From NCBI RefSeq assembly GCF_004010195.1, contig NC_057719.1:1107945-1171944 (forward strand): a DNA stretch of 64,000 bases, in the 5' to 3' direction. Made by a program: the position numbers and the translations under genes. Below are positions 12,613 to 23,945 of the stretch, one piece after another. Under the pieces are notes generated by a model. The model was not told the origin of the DNA and ran no database searches. It worked only from the letters and a program-made list of their open reading frames with translations. The DNA comes from Chiloscyllium plagiosum (taxonomy: Eukaryota). Positions within the stretch are counted from its first letter, which is position 1; the number at the start of each line of letters is the position of its first letter.

Positions 12613-13059
12613 TTGTCTCCTGGTGTGGTGGTCTTGTCCAGGAGGGGTGGTCTCAGCCTGGAGTGACAGTCATGCCCAGCATGGAGGTCTTATTTGGCAG
12701 CTTCTGGGTATTCCAGCAGCTTGATGTGAAGGTGTATTACTAGCGTGATGGTCTCATTCTTGCTTTGCAGGTAATTTCTGGGTTTTCCAATGGCTCACTG
12801 TGGAGGTCTCATCTCAGCATGGTGGGACAGTCCCAACCCAGTGTGGACGTCTTGACCTGGCTCTGCATGGCAGTTTCAGCCTGGTTTTCCAGTGTACCCT
12901 GAACCTAGAACTGTTACTTGAGCTGTGATGAATTTTTACTTATGAATGATTTCTGTGATTAATTTAGGTGCTGTGGTATGGTGAATTATAAAACTTTTTG
13001 TTATCTTTTGTGAAAATACATGTAACAACAAATTATTATTCTGTTTCCTAAATGCCCTC

Positions 13060-13605
13060 TCACAGAGACCTCAATCACTTGATCAGGCTCTTTCACCAAT
13101 ACAAGGTCTAGAGTAGCCCCTTCCCTAGTTGGTCTATTGACACTTTTGCACCAACAAACTCTGCCCCAAATAAGCCCCTAACACAAATAGAGTCCCAGTC
13201 AACATTTGGAAGTTAAAATCACCCATTACAACAACACTATTGTTTTCACATCTTTCTATTATCCGCCTAGATATCTGTTATTATATGTCGTTGGCTGTTT
13301 GAAGGTTTTTAATGTAAACCCCATCATCGTGATTGCACCTTTTTTATTTCCAAAGTTCCATCCATGTGGTCTCGCTGGATGAGCTTTCCAAGCTGTCCTC
13401 TAACAGTACAGCTGTGACATTCTTCTTAATAAGTAATGCAACTCCTCCAACCGTTTTACATCCCTCTCTATCACTCCTGAAACATCTAAACCCTGGAACA
13501 TTGAGCTGCTGGTCCTGCCCTTCTCTCTACTAAGTTTCTGTAATGGCGACCACATCGTAGCCTCATGTACTAATCCAGACCCTAAGCTCATCTGCCTTAC
13601 CTGTT
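13060..13605 (-). mobile_element. CR1 LINE endonuclease fragment
   Basis: Homologous to 10024-10390 (CCTGGAACATT(G/A)AGCTGC and ACAGCTGT segments). Confidence 0.7.
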
Positions 13606-13619
13606 ATACTCCTTGTATT

Positions 13620-14022
13620 TTTTTTTGGGTATTTTTTTCTTTTTTTTTAAAACCCCCACACTACCACCTAAGTGCGGTAGTGCTTATTTTTTTCCCCAGC
13701 ACCTATGGTGTGTGTGTGCAGGTGTGAGACACAGTGAAAGACACAAAGTGCACGAATCTTTATTCAATTTCCACCACCAGGAAGATAGGAAAACACCCGG
13801 GTGGCCAGTGACAAACACTGCCCTTCACATCAAAGGGCAGTGCTGTGTGATCAAAACAGTGAAGGGGAGGGTAGGGACTAAATCAAAATAGAGTTGGAGG
13901 GAGAAATGATGCACTCCACTCCCTGCGGCGCCCACCTCTCCCTGAACAACTCCAGGGTGTTGGTCGACACCGCGTGCTCCTTCTCCAAGGACACCCGGGC
14001 TCTAACGTAACCACGGAAGAGG
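13620..14022 (-). mobile_element. Tx1-clade L1 3' end, 5'-truncated, with 14-bp TSD
   Basis: LFRGYVRARVSLEKEHAVSTNTLELFRERWAPQGVECIISPSNSILI*, a 3' UTR like that of the 56-59 kb copies and an A-rich tail. TSD ATACTCCTTGTATT at 13606-13619 and 14023-14036. Confidence 0.88.
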
Positions 14023-14924
14023 ATACTCCTTGTATTGAAATAAATACACTGAAGACTATTGGTGCTGCCGTGTTCATTAACCTGTTCCTGGCTGTTCTTC
14101 CTATTGGGTAAAAACAATGAGGTAAAAACAATGACTGCAGATGCTGGAAACCAGATTCTGGAGTAGAGTGGTGCTGGAAAAGCACAGCAGTTCAGGCAGC
14201 ATCCGAGGAGCAGGAAAATCCGACGTTTTGGGCAAAAGCCCTTCATCCTATTGGCCTTGCATGACTTAATGACAATCTTCTCCTCAATTACTTCGCACAG
14301 AGTCATGGAGTCATACAGCACAGAAACAGACTTTATATGTTCCCCTCTGAGCTACTCACCATCCTGACTTGGAAATATATCACTGTTCCTTTAGTGTCAC
14401 TGGGTCAAAATCCTGGAACTCCCTCTCTCAGGGCATTGTGGGTCTACCCATAGCACATGGATTGCAGCAGTTCAAGAAGGCAGCTCACCACCACCTTCTC
14501 AAGGGGCAACTAGGGAGAGGCAATAAATGCTGGCCAAACCAGCAACTCCCAGTCACAGGAATGAATAAAAAAAGCAGCAAGTTTGCATAACTTTTATAAA
14601 AATATTAATGGAAAGAGAGAACAGGAGAAATCAGAGCTGGAATAGGCTATTCAGCCTTTCGAACCTGCTTTAACACTACATGAGATCGCCTCATGGCTGA
14701 TCTGATTTTGGCCTCAACTCTGCCTTCCTGCATGTTCCCGTAACCCTCAACTTCATAATCTCAGTCTTGAAGATATTCAATAACCTTGGCTTCAAATTCA
14801 CATCAGCTGCAGAGTACACCAGAATGTAAACACTGACTATTTGTGACATCATTGGGCTTCTGGGGAAGCCTGTAATCTGATCTCAAAGTGGTGTTTTCTC
14901 TATAGCAACAAGAAATGCTTTGCA

Positions 14925-15114
14925 GATGCCAGTGTTGGACTGGGGTGTACAAAGTTAAAAATCACACAACACCAGGTTATAGTCCAACAGGTTTAATTGG
15001 AAGCACACTAGCTTTCGGAGCGACGCTCCTTCATCAGGTGGTTGTGATGAAGGAGCGGCGTTCCAAAAGCCAGTGTGCTTCCAATTAAACCTGTTGGACT
15101 GTGTGATTTTTAAC
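14925..15114. mobile_element. Second Penelope terminal-repeat family (inverted pair) with minimal hammerhead
   Basis: Inverted arms GTTAAAAATCACAC...GTGTGATTTTTAAC; minus-strand core CAC-CTGATGA-A-GGAGC-GTC-GCTCC-GAAA-GCTA-GTG at 15006-15040. Confidence 0.8.
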
Positions 15115-15949
15115 AAGAAATGCACTAGCCTTACATGCAAGTAATAATGCTAATCAGCTATCTCTAATTATCACAGCCTTTAAACAAACTTCTGCCAACA
15201 ATTCCTAACTGGGCTATTGGAGATAGAAGTGTCTTGTCATTCTAAACTTAGAAACTCATTGTTTCTCACTGTTAACGTTTGATTTACCCTTTCAATAGAC
15301 CAATGTGACTCTCCTTTCAATCTAACTAAATTTTGAGTTTTTATTTTAATTTGATATGACTGTTCTTTGGAACCACAGAGTTCTCAAGAGGAACAATTTC
15401 AGACTTGAAGCAATAACTCTGTTTTTTCTCCTCACAGATACTGTTAGACCTGCTGAGCACCTTCTGTTTTTATTTCAGATTTTCCAGCATCTGCAATATT
15501 TTGCTTTTATTTTTGTAATGAATATTCATTGAGAAATGGGACAGAGAAGTCAAGCAAGAGAAGGCACCATTGGTTAGCACTGCTGCCTCATTGGGAACTA
15601 TCAGTTAGGTTAAGATTTAAACAGCAGAGATACGAGTAATATTTCACTGGCATCGACTTTCTATAACAGAAGTTGTTGGGTAACAGGTTAAAACTGTTTT
15701 TTTAAGTTTATGCTAGATAATTCTAACTGTTTTCTATAGATATATATGTTGCTTTGTTTGTTTATTTCTTCTTTTGTGTAATAAACATATGTTCTCTGTT
15801 AAAGAACATCTGCAGCCTTGTGAGAGTACATTTCAGTGACTAACCACATGATATTAAACAGCAAAAATTAAATATATTATCTATTAACTATTTTTCTCTC
15901 TTGAATCTCACCCTTTAAGTATCACCATCAAGAGGGAACATATAAAACT

Positions 15950-16352
15950 GGATTAAGGATTGTTCCAGCTACCCCACAAAATGACAGATACAACTACAGC
16001 CCATGTGGTTAGTCTTCCCACCCATTCCCTGATCCTTTTCCAGCCCCGCCCTTACCTTCCATTCCACCTACCAAACATTCCTTCCAGCTATCAACCGGAT
16101 TCATCATTCCCATAGGCCAACCAGATCATACCCACCACCGGTGTTCACCTATCACCACCTCAGCATTCTGTTACTCTCCCCAGCCCATCATTCCCTCCCC
16201 ACTTCTTTATCTGTGCCTCCCTCTACTCTCACATCCTGAAAAAGGGTTATGTGTAAAACGTTCACTTCTCCACCTTCTGACACTGCCTGGCTTGCTGTGT
16301 TCTTCCAACCTCGCGTTTGTCTACTTATGATTCCAGCATCTGCAGTTTTTTT
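15950..16352 (+). mobile_element. Penelope-like 3'/terminal-repeat fragment with decayed hammerhead
   Basis: CCTGAAAAAGGGTTATGTGTAAAACGTT...TTCCAGCATCTGCAG, related to the family at 1-190. Confidence 0.6.
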
Positions 16353-16539
16353 TTGTTTAGTCATGGCCACATCTTATATTTGGAGTGTTAATGGTGGAAC
16401 TAAAACAAATCAGAGAAAAAAATGTTCAAAGGGAGAATGAGCTTAGCGCTAGGCAAAGGAGAGGGCTAATGGATGAGACCTCTGTTAAGGAATAAGTGTA
16501 AAAAGATTATCTGCAGGGGGAGAGGGCAGTGATGCAGAG

Positions 16540-17690
16540 GAATTACAAAGTCCATGGTGAAGAGGATGTGAGTGAAGCAAGGAAACTGGAAATTGTTGAA
16601 CAGACGTAGACCATCAAAAGAATGTTAGTGGAAAGATAGCGAACCAGGAGAAAAAGACAGAATGAAAGGAAGCAAAACGTTTGATGGAGCAGGAACAGGT
16701 TAGATAGGCAATCCTGTTGGTGCATTTGGGAAGGAGGTAGAAGTGGGCTGTGCAGAGCCAAGGATATGACAAAGTGGGAAGCAGGGGAGGGGAGATTTCT
16801 AGAGAAGATTAAGTCAGTGACAGACTTAGAAACTATAGTTTGAGGTGAAGTCATGATCCATGGAGAGATGGGAAGAAGTGTCTGAGACTCAGCACTCAGC
16901 TTCTGCCAGGTAGAGGTCAGCACTCTCCTTGTTGGCAGGTTTGAGAACAAGGTCAGGGTTGGACCTGAGGGAATGGAGTGCAGCAAGTTTGGATGCAGCC
17001 AGGTTAGTGTGGACAAGGGGAGCAGAGAAATTAAGGCTGCCAACATCATGTTGGCAGTTCTTCATGAAGAGATCAAAGGCAGCTAAAAGGCCAGAGGGGA
17101 AGGGTCCAGGTCAGGGACTGTGGGGGAATTATGGGGTGAAAGGGTCCATGGAGTGGGGAGAAGATTCTTGTCCAAAGAAAATGGGCTTTGCGGTGAAGGT
17201 GACGAAAGGATGTGCCCGAAATTTATTGAGTATGTGGCATGAAGGCATAAAACTTTACTGAGCACAGATTATTTGGAGAACAAAATGTCAGAATAATTAT
17301 ACAACAAGGAATGGAAATAGATGAAGGGATGGAGTCAAAGCAAAGGAGTGGGGAAGAATAATTCAGAGGGGCTTGAGTACCCAGTGGTTTTAGAGTTTCT
17401 TAAAGGAAGAAAAAATTATTGGATGAGGGGAAGAATGAACTGGAACTGGGGACTGCAACAGCTTTGAGGCAGTGTGAGGTGGTACTGATGGACGGGGCGG
17501 TGGGCGGAGAGAGAGAGAGAGAGAGAAAGAGAGAGGTTGACAGCATGCATATGGCAGTGCGTGGCAGAGTGTAACAGATCTCAGAATGCAGCGAGAACAG
17601 CAGTCTAAGGAGCATTGAATTTCATGGAAATATCCACTGTGATTCTGGGGTAACTCAAAGCACAAAGGTTGGAACACCCAAATGGGGTAA
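16540..17690 (-). mobile_element. Decayed Penelope-like element ORF (N-terminus to RT)
   Basis: Minus-strand translation AALHSLRSNPDLVLKPANK...DLYLAEAE resembles the PLE IKPADKG motif; many stops and frameshifts. Confidence 0.7.
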
Positions 17691-18649
17691 ATCCAAGCAG
17701 GAGACAGTCAGTAAGGAAGAAAATGTGGCTGTGAAAGCTAAACAATAACCAGAAGGGAAACAGGAAACAATGAAAGTGAACATATCTGAGGTTCGCATTC
17801 CTGAAAGAGAAGCAGCAGTGAACTAGACAGTAAAGCAAAACACTGTGGATGCTGGGTGCAGTGGATTCCTGTACAATTGTAGTAAAACTTCACTACTCTT
17901 ATACTCCATCCACCTTGCATAAAACATTCCACTTTCCTCCCTAATCACTTGTTGTACCTGTGTACTAATTTCACATGATTCATATATCAGGCCACCTCTA
18001 TCCAAATGGGATAACCCAAGTTTTTGAGAGATTGACAAAGGAGAGTTGTTACAGGGCAGATGCAAACCATAACACATAGAATCAGAAGTAGGCACATTGG
18101 CCCATCAAGTCTGCTCCACCGCTCAGATCTAATAATCTGCAACGAATAGTAAGAAAATGGTAGATTTTGAAACAAATACTTTTACACACTGGATGAAGTG
18201 GACTTTAAGTAACAGCAGTTTTTAAAAGGGAAGCTGAATATTAACTAAGAGAATGGTTTAACTTGGTTGGTGTCTGTGACTTTAGGAGGCTGAGTGGGGA
18301 TTTATTTAAAATGACAATAGGATTTGATTTGGTAAACACAGAGAAACTATCTCCTCTGATGAAAACATTCAGAACAAGGGGCAGGAGTTGCAGCGAAATC
18401 AGGAAGTGCTATTTCATACACAGAATATTAAGTAAAGTCATGGTATATATCAGTTCCTATCTCAATGAATGACAAAATGATTTTAACAGGCTGAATGGTG
18501 TCCCGCATGGGAGGTTGGAACAGTCATCCCCTCTAGGCTGATACACTATTCAATAAGATCAGGGCCACTCTTGTTGCAGTCTCCACACTTTCCTCCCCAC
18601 CTCCACAACCCTCAACTACCTTGTTGATCAAGAATATATCAAACTCAAG

Positions 18650-19620
18650 GGAGTGTTTCAGGGGTCGGTGCTAGGCCCATTACTGTTTGTTATATTTATC
18701 AATGATTTGGATGAAAATGTACAAGGCATGATTAGTAAGTTTGTAAATGACCTGAAAATAGGTGGTATTGTGGGCAGTGAGGAAGGTTTTCAGAAATTGC
18801 AGCAGGACCTTGATCAGCTGGGAAAGCGGGCCAAGAAATGGCAAATAGCGTTTAATATAGATAGGTACAAGGTACTCTGGAAAGTCAAATCAAGGTAGGA
18901 GTTTCATGGTGAATGGTAGGGCCTCAAAAGGTGTAGTGGAACAGAGCGATTTTGGAGTTCGGGTTTACAATTCTCTGAAAGTGGGTAGACAGGGCAGTGA
19001 AGAAGGCTTTTGACATGCTGGCCTTCATCAGTCAGGGCATTGAGTGCAGAAGTTAGAAAGTTATGTTCCAGTTATACAGGACGTTGGTGAGGCCGCATAT
19101 GGAGTATTGTTTTCAGTTTTGCTCATCTTGTTAGAGGAAGAATGTTATTAAACTAGAAAGGGTGCAGAAGAAATTTACAAGGATGGTGCTGCACTCATTG
19201 GTCTAAGTTTTAAGCAGAGATTGGACAAGCTCGGACTTTTTTTCTTTCGAGCACAGGAAACTGAGGGGAGACCTTATAGAGGTGCAGAGGATCATGACAG
19301 GCATGGATAGGCTGAATGCACTCAGTGTTTTTCCCAGGGTTGGAGTTTAAGGTTAGAGGGGAAAGAATAAAAGGGAACCTGAGGGGCAACCTTTTTACAC
19401 AGAGGGTGGTACGCACATGGAACGAGCTGCCAGTGGAAGTGGTTGAGGCAGGTACATTAACAACATTTAAAAGGCATTTGGACAAATACATGGATAGGAA
19501 AGGATTAGAAGGATATGGGCCAAGTGCAGGGAAATGGGGTTAGTGTGGATGGTCATTTTGGTCGGCATGGACCAGTTTGGCCAAAGGGCCTGTCTCAGTG
19601 CTGCAGGACTCTATGACTCT
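18650..19620 (+). mobile_element. CR1 LINE RT and 3' end
   Basis: QGSVLGPLLFVIFINDLD...LQQDLDQL; FTQRVVRTWNELP; CTCTATGACTCT tail. Confidence 0.9.
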
Positions 19621-20175
19621 CAGCCTTGAATAAATTCAATGAGCCAGCTTCCCTCATCTTCTGAAGGAGAGAATTCCACACACAAATAACCCATTGAGAT
19701 AAGAGTGTTCTCCTCACCTCTGTCTTAACAGGCTGACCTCTCATTCTTAAACCATGTCCCTCCAACTAGGCTACCCAACAAGAAACAACCTCTTCTCAGT
19801 ATCCACTCTAACGGGTCCCCTTAGGGTCAGATATATTTCAGTAGAACACGGAAAAATACAGCACAGGAAAAATACAGCCCACCATGTCTATTCTAAAAGA
19901 ATTCCATCAGCTTGCACATGCTCCATATCCCCTATTCCCTGCCTGTTCATTTGTCTAAATACCTTGTAAACTTTGCTAACATATTTGCTTCCACCATCTC
20001 CCCTGGCCGTTTGTTCCAGGTACTTATTACTTAAAACAACTTGCCTCAGACTTCTTTAAATGTTCCTACTCTCACTTTAAACCTATGCCCCCTAATATTT
20101 GACATTTCCACTCTGGGATAAGATAACCTCACATTCTTCTAAACTTACCCAGTGTTTAATCCGGCAATTACAACC

Positions 20176-20890
20176 AATTCCCTGGCTGTTCTCTGTTTGG
20201 CTTGTCCTATAAAAGTAGTGTTGTCCCAGTCGAACTCATGTTGCTTGTCATCTGCGTGTGTGGCTACTAAGGATAGCTGGTCGTGTCGTTTCGTGGCTAG
20301 TTGGTGTTCATGAATGCGGATGGTTAGCTGTCTTCCTGTTTGTCCTATGTAGTGTTTTGTGCAGTCCTTGCATGGGATTTTGTACATTACATTGGTTTTG
20401 CTCATGCTGGGTATCGGGTCCTTCGTCCTGCTTTCGTAGTTTAGGACTTGGTCTGTGTGTGTGGCTTTCCTGTATACCTTTGTGGTGAATTCTCCGTTCG
20501 GTGTTCTCTGTACCATCACGTCTAGGAATGGGAGTTGGTTGTCCTTTTCTTCCTCTCTAGTGAATTGGATTCCTGTGAGTGTGGCGTTGATGATCCGGTG
20601 TGTGTTCTCTATTTCTGTGTTTCTAATGATGACAAAGATGTCATCCACATATCTGACCCAGAGTTTGGGTTGAATTTACGGTAAGACTGTTTGTTCTAAT
20701 CTTTGCATTACAGCTTCTGCTATGAGTCCAGAGATGGGTGAGCCCATGGGTGTGCCGTTGATTTGTTCATATATTTGGTTGTTGAATGTGAAGTGTGTTG
20801 TGAGGCACAGGTCCAGTATTTGAGTATGCCGTCTTTGTTGATAGGTTCAATGTCCTGTTGTCTGTTCTGTATGTCTAGCAGGTTGGATAC
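20176..20890 (-). mobile_element. Penelope-like element fragment, RT plus GIY-YIG endonuclease
   Basis: QINGTPMGSPIS, RYVDDIF, LPFLDV, VYRKATHTD joined by an internal deletion to VMYKIPCKDCTKHYIGQTGR...RIHEH. Confidence 0.92.
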
Positions 20891-21470
20891 AATGAATATA
20901 ATCCCAGTCTACTCAATCTCTCCTCATAAGCCAACCGTCTCAACTTTGGAATAAACCTAGTAAACCTCCTCTGCACCTTCTCCAGTGTCCACTACATCTT
21001 TTCTCAAGGAGACCAAAACTGTACACAGTACTCCACAAATGGCCTCACCAACACCCTGTACAGCTGCAGCATAACCTCCCTGTTTTTAAATGCCATCCCT
21101 CTAGCAATGAAGAACAATATTCCATTTGCCTCCTTAATTACCTGCTGCACCTGCAAACCAATGTTTTGTGATTCATGCGCAAGGACACCCAGGTCCCTCT
21201 ACACAGCAGCATGCTGCAATGTTCCACCATTTAGATAATAAATTATTTCCTACCAAAATGGATGACCTCTCATTTAGCAACATTGTAGTCCACATGCCAG
21301 ACCCTTGCCCACTCACTTAATTTGTTTATACCCCTCTGCAGATTTTCAGTGTCCTCTGTACACATTGCTCTGCTCTTCATTTTAGTGTCATCTGCGAACT
21401 TTGACGCACTACACTTGGTCCCCAGCTCTAAATCATCTGTGTAAATTGTAAACAATTGTTGTTCCAACAC
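20891..21470 (-). mobile_element. CR1 LINE RT fragment
   Basis: LFTIYTDDL...SKFADDTK...LSEWARVW. Confidence 0.8.
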
Positions 21471-21739
21471 TGTCCCTCAAGAAGGAACTGCGTCAATGTG
21501 TCAAGTGCAAAAGCAAAAGGAATAAAGACAGTTGGGAGCTGAAAATCAATTGACAATTGGGTGAATATTTGAAAAACGACAGGGGTCCGAAGTAGTAGCG
21601 ATCAGGGGTGTGTGTTTAATGGATTGCACCAATGAGGAGCTAGCACATAGGGCAATGGGCTGAATGGCTTTTTCATGTCCTGGATATCTCTGAGATTGGA
21701 GGGAGGTGGTAGCAGCACTGCAGGGTTGGGACAGGACAT

Positions 21740-21877
21740 TTCCATTTTGAGGAGGAGATTAAGCTGCTCATTTCCTGTGAATTTGATTGAGGCCCTGTCC
21801 CGAGCCAAAGCGGCATCGAGGCCGGCTTCCAGCAGCAGCAGCAGCAGCTAGGGCGTCCACAGCAGGACAGGGTAAGA
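21740..21877 (+). promoter_or_regulatory. Candidate non-coding first exon and promoter of ZBTB1
   Basis: Non-repeat, CpG-containing stretch with a (CAG)n run, ending in a strong donor CAGG|GTAAGA (GT at 21872). A CpG-rich minisatellite follows. No transcript evidence. Confidence 0.35.
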
Positions 21878-21879
21878 AA

Positions 21880-22432
21880 GGGACATTGCAAACCGGGGAG
21901 AGAGCTGTAACCGAGCCCGGGGTCTAGGGCATTGCAACCGGGGAGAGCGCTGTAACCGAGCCCGGGGCATTGCAAACCGGGGAGAGAGCTGTAACCGAGC
22001 CCGGGGCATTGCAAACCGGGGAGAGAGCTGGAACCGAGCCCGGGGTCTAGGGCATTGCAACCGGGGAGAGCGCTGTAACCGAGTCCGGGGTCTAGGGCAT
22101 TGCAAACCTGAGAGAGAGCTGTAACCGAGCCCGGGGCATTGCAAACCGAGGACAGAGCTGCAGCCGAGCCCGGGGCATTGCAAACCGAGGACAGAGCTGC
22201 AGCTAAGCCCAGGGTCTGGGGAATTGCAACCGAGCCCGGGGACTACAGCACTGCAACTGGGGAGAGAGCTTTAACCGAGCCCGTAGTAATACAACCGGAG
22301 GCAGAGCTGTAACCGAGCCCAGAGTCTATGGCATTGCAACCAGGAAGGGAGAGTTGTAACTGAGCCCGAGTCAAGGGAAATGAGAGCAGGAGAGAGTTGT
22401 ACGTTATAGCCCTGGGCAGGAGCATTGCAACT
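21880..22432. repeat. GC-rich minisatellite, ~39-45 bp unit (GGGCATTGCAAACCGGGGAGAGAGCTGTAACCGAGCCCG), degenerating rightwards
   Basis: About a dozen visible copies; short and long (+GGTCTAG) unit variants are interspersed. Confidence 0.93.
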
Positions 22433-22609
22433 GGGAGGGGTCCTAGTCCGGGAACATAATCTCAGCATGAAATATTTATGGTGCATGGTCACAAACACAA
22501 TTTATGACTTTATTGGCTGATAAAATAAGAATGTTGTTGTCAATGCATTTCATCTTGACTCCTCGGGACAATTTGCTAATACCAACTCCAATTCAAGGAA
22601 AACACCATT

Positions 22610-23945
22610 TATACAAAAACAGAAATTGTTGGCGAAACTCTGCAGATCTGGCAACATCTGTGGGAAGAGATAATGCCTCCAGTCCAGCGTACCTCATCAT
22701 GACTGTTAGCAACTAGGAAAAAGTGGCATTTATGCTGAAGACGAAGGCGGGGGGTATATGGAAGGGTTGTTAATCATGGAGATAATGGGTAGCGTTCCAG
22801 GAGAGAAGAAAATCTGAATAAAAGATAGGAGTTAAGAATAGGATAGAACAAGTGACTGGTTGCTTTTAGCACAACGTCATTACAGAACTGGGTGTGGGGA
22901 TGGATTTTTTTAAAAAATGGAACGCTGGATTCAGGTTCTAAAGTTAATGAACTTGATGCTGAGTCCTAAAGGCTGCAGGGTCCTCAAAGTGGATTCTCAA
23001 GATCTTCTTCAAGTTTGCGCTGAGGCTCCCTGAAACACTGCAGCAGACCCTCTGACAAATGCTGGCATGGGAACACGGTGGCGTGTTGAAGTGGCAGATA
23101 CCTGGACGCTCAGGGGCATTTTTAACAGACAGAACACAGGTGTTTTGCGAAGTGGTCCCCAAATCTGCATTTTCCAGAGCAGACCACATTGTGCGCAGTG
23201 ATACAACAGACTAGATTGAGTGACATGCAGGTGAATTTGTTCTTCGCCCGGAAGGTGTGTCTGGATAGGGAGGAGATAAATGGGTAGGTGTTACACTACC
23301 TATTACATGGGATGGTGCCATGGAGGTGTGGGGACAGTCTGGAAGTGAAGGAGTGGAGCAGGGTGTCCCAGAGGGAACAGTCCTCGCAGGATGCTGACAT
23401 GGTGGGGGCTGGGGGAATCTTTTTCTCTGACACTCCTGTTTTTTTAAATTTTTTAACCCCCCACACTACCGCCTAACTGCGGTAGTGCTTACTTTTCCCT
23501 AGCACCCGTGGTGTGTGTGTGCAGGTGTGAGACACAAGGTGTGTGAATCTTTATTCAATTCCCACCACCAGGAAGATAGGAAAACACCCAAGTGGCCAGT
23601 GACAAGCAGTGCCCTTCACAAAAGGGCAATGCTGTGTGATCAAACAGTGAAGGGGAGGGCAGGGATTAAACCAAAATAGAGTTGGAGGGGGAAATAATGC
23701 ACTCCACAGGGTGGGGGAAGTGTGTCTGGTGGTGGTATCCCATTGGAGGAAGTAGAAATGACAACTGATGATCCTCTGGATGGGAAGACTGGTGGGTAGT
23801 GAGTGAGGATCAGGGGGATCAATTCTGAAGAAGGGTCACTGGACCCAAAACGTTAACTCTGCTTTCTCTCCACAATGCTGCAAGACTTGAATTTCTCCAA
23901 CACTTTCTGTTTTTGTTGCTGATTTCTAGTATCTGCAACTTTTAT
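22610..23945 (-). mobile_element. Decayed Penelope-like 3' end (GIY-YIG and terminal repeats) with nested Tx1 tail
   Basis: HCAQCGLL...CHFNTPPCSHA...QPLGLSIKFINFRT* on minus; terminal-repeat pieces at 22615-22700 and 23822-23945 (CTGAAGAAGGGTCACTGGACCCAAAACGTT). Confidence 0.7.
23418..23708 (-). mobile_element. Tx1-clade L1 3' tail
   Basis: VECIISPSNSILV* and the family 3' UTR; on the element strand the poly(A) is followed by AAACAGGAGTGTCAGAG. Confidence 0.85.
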
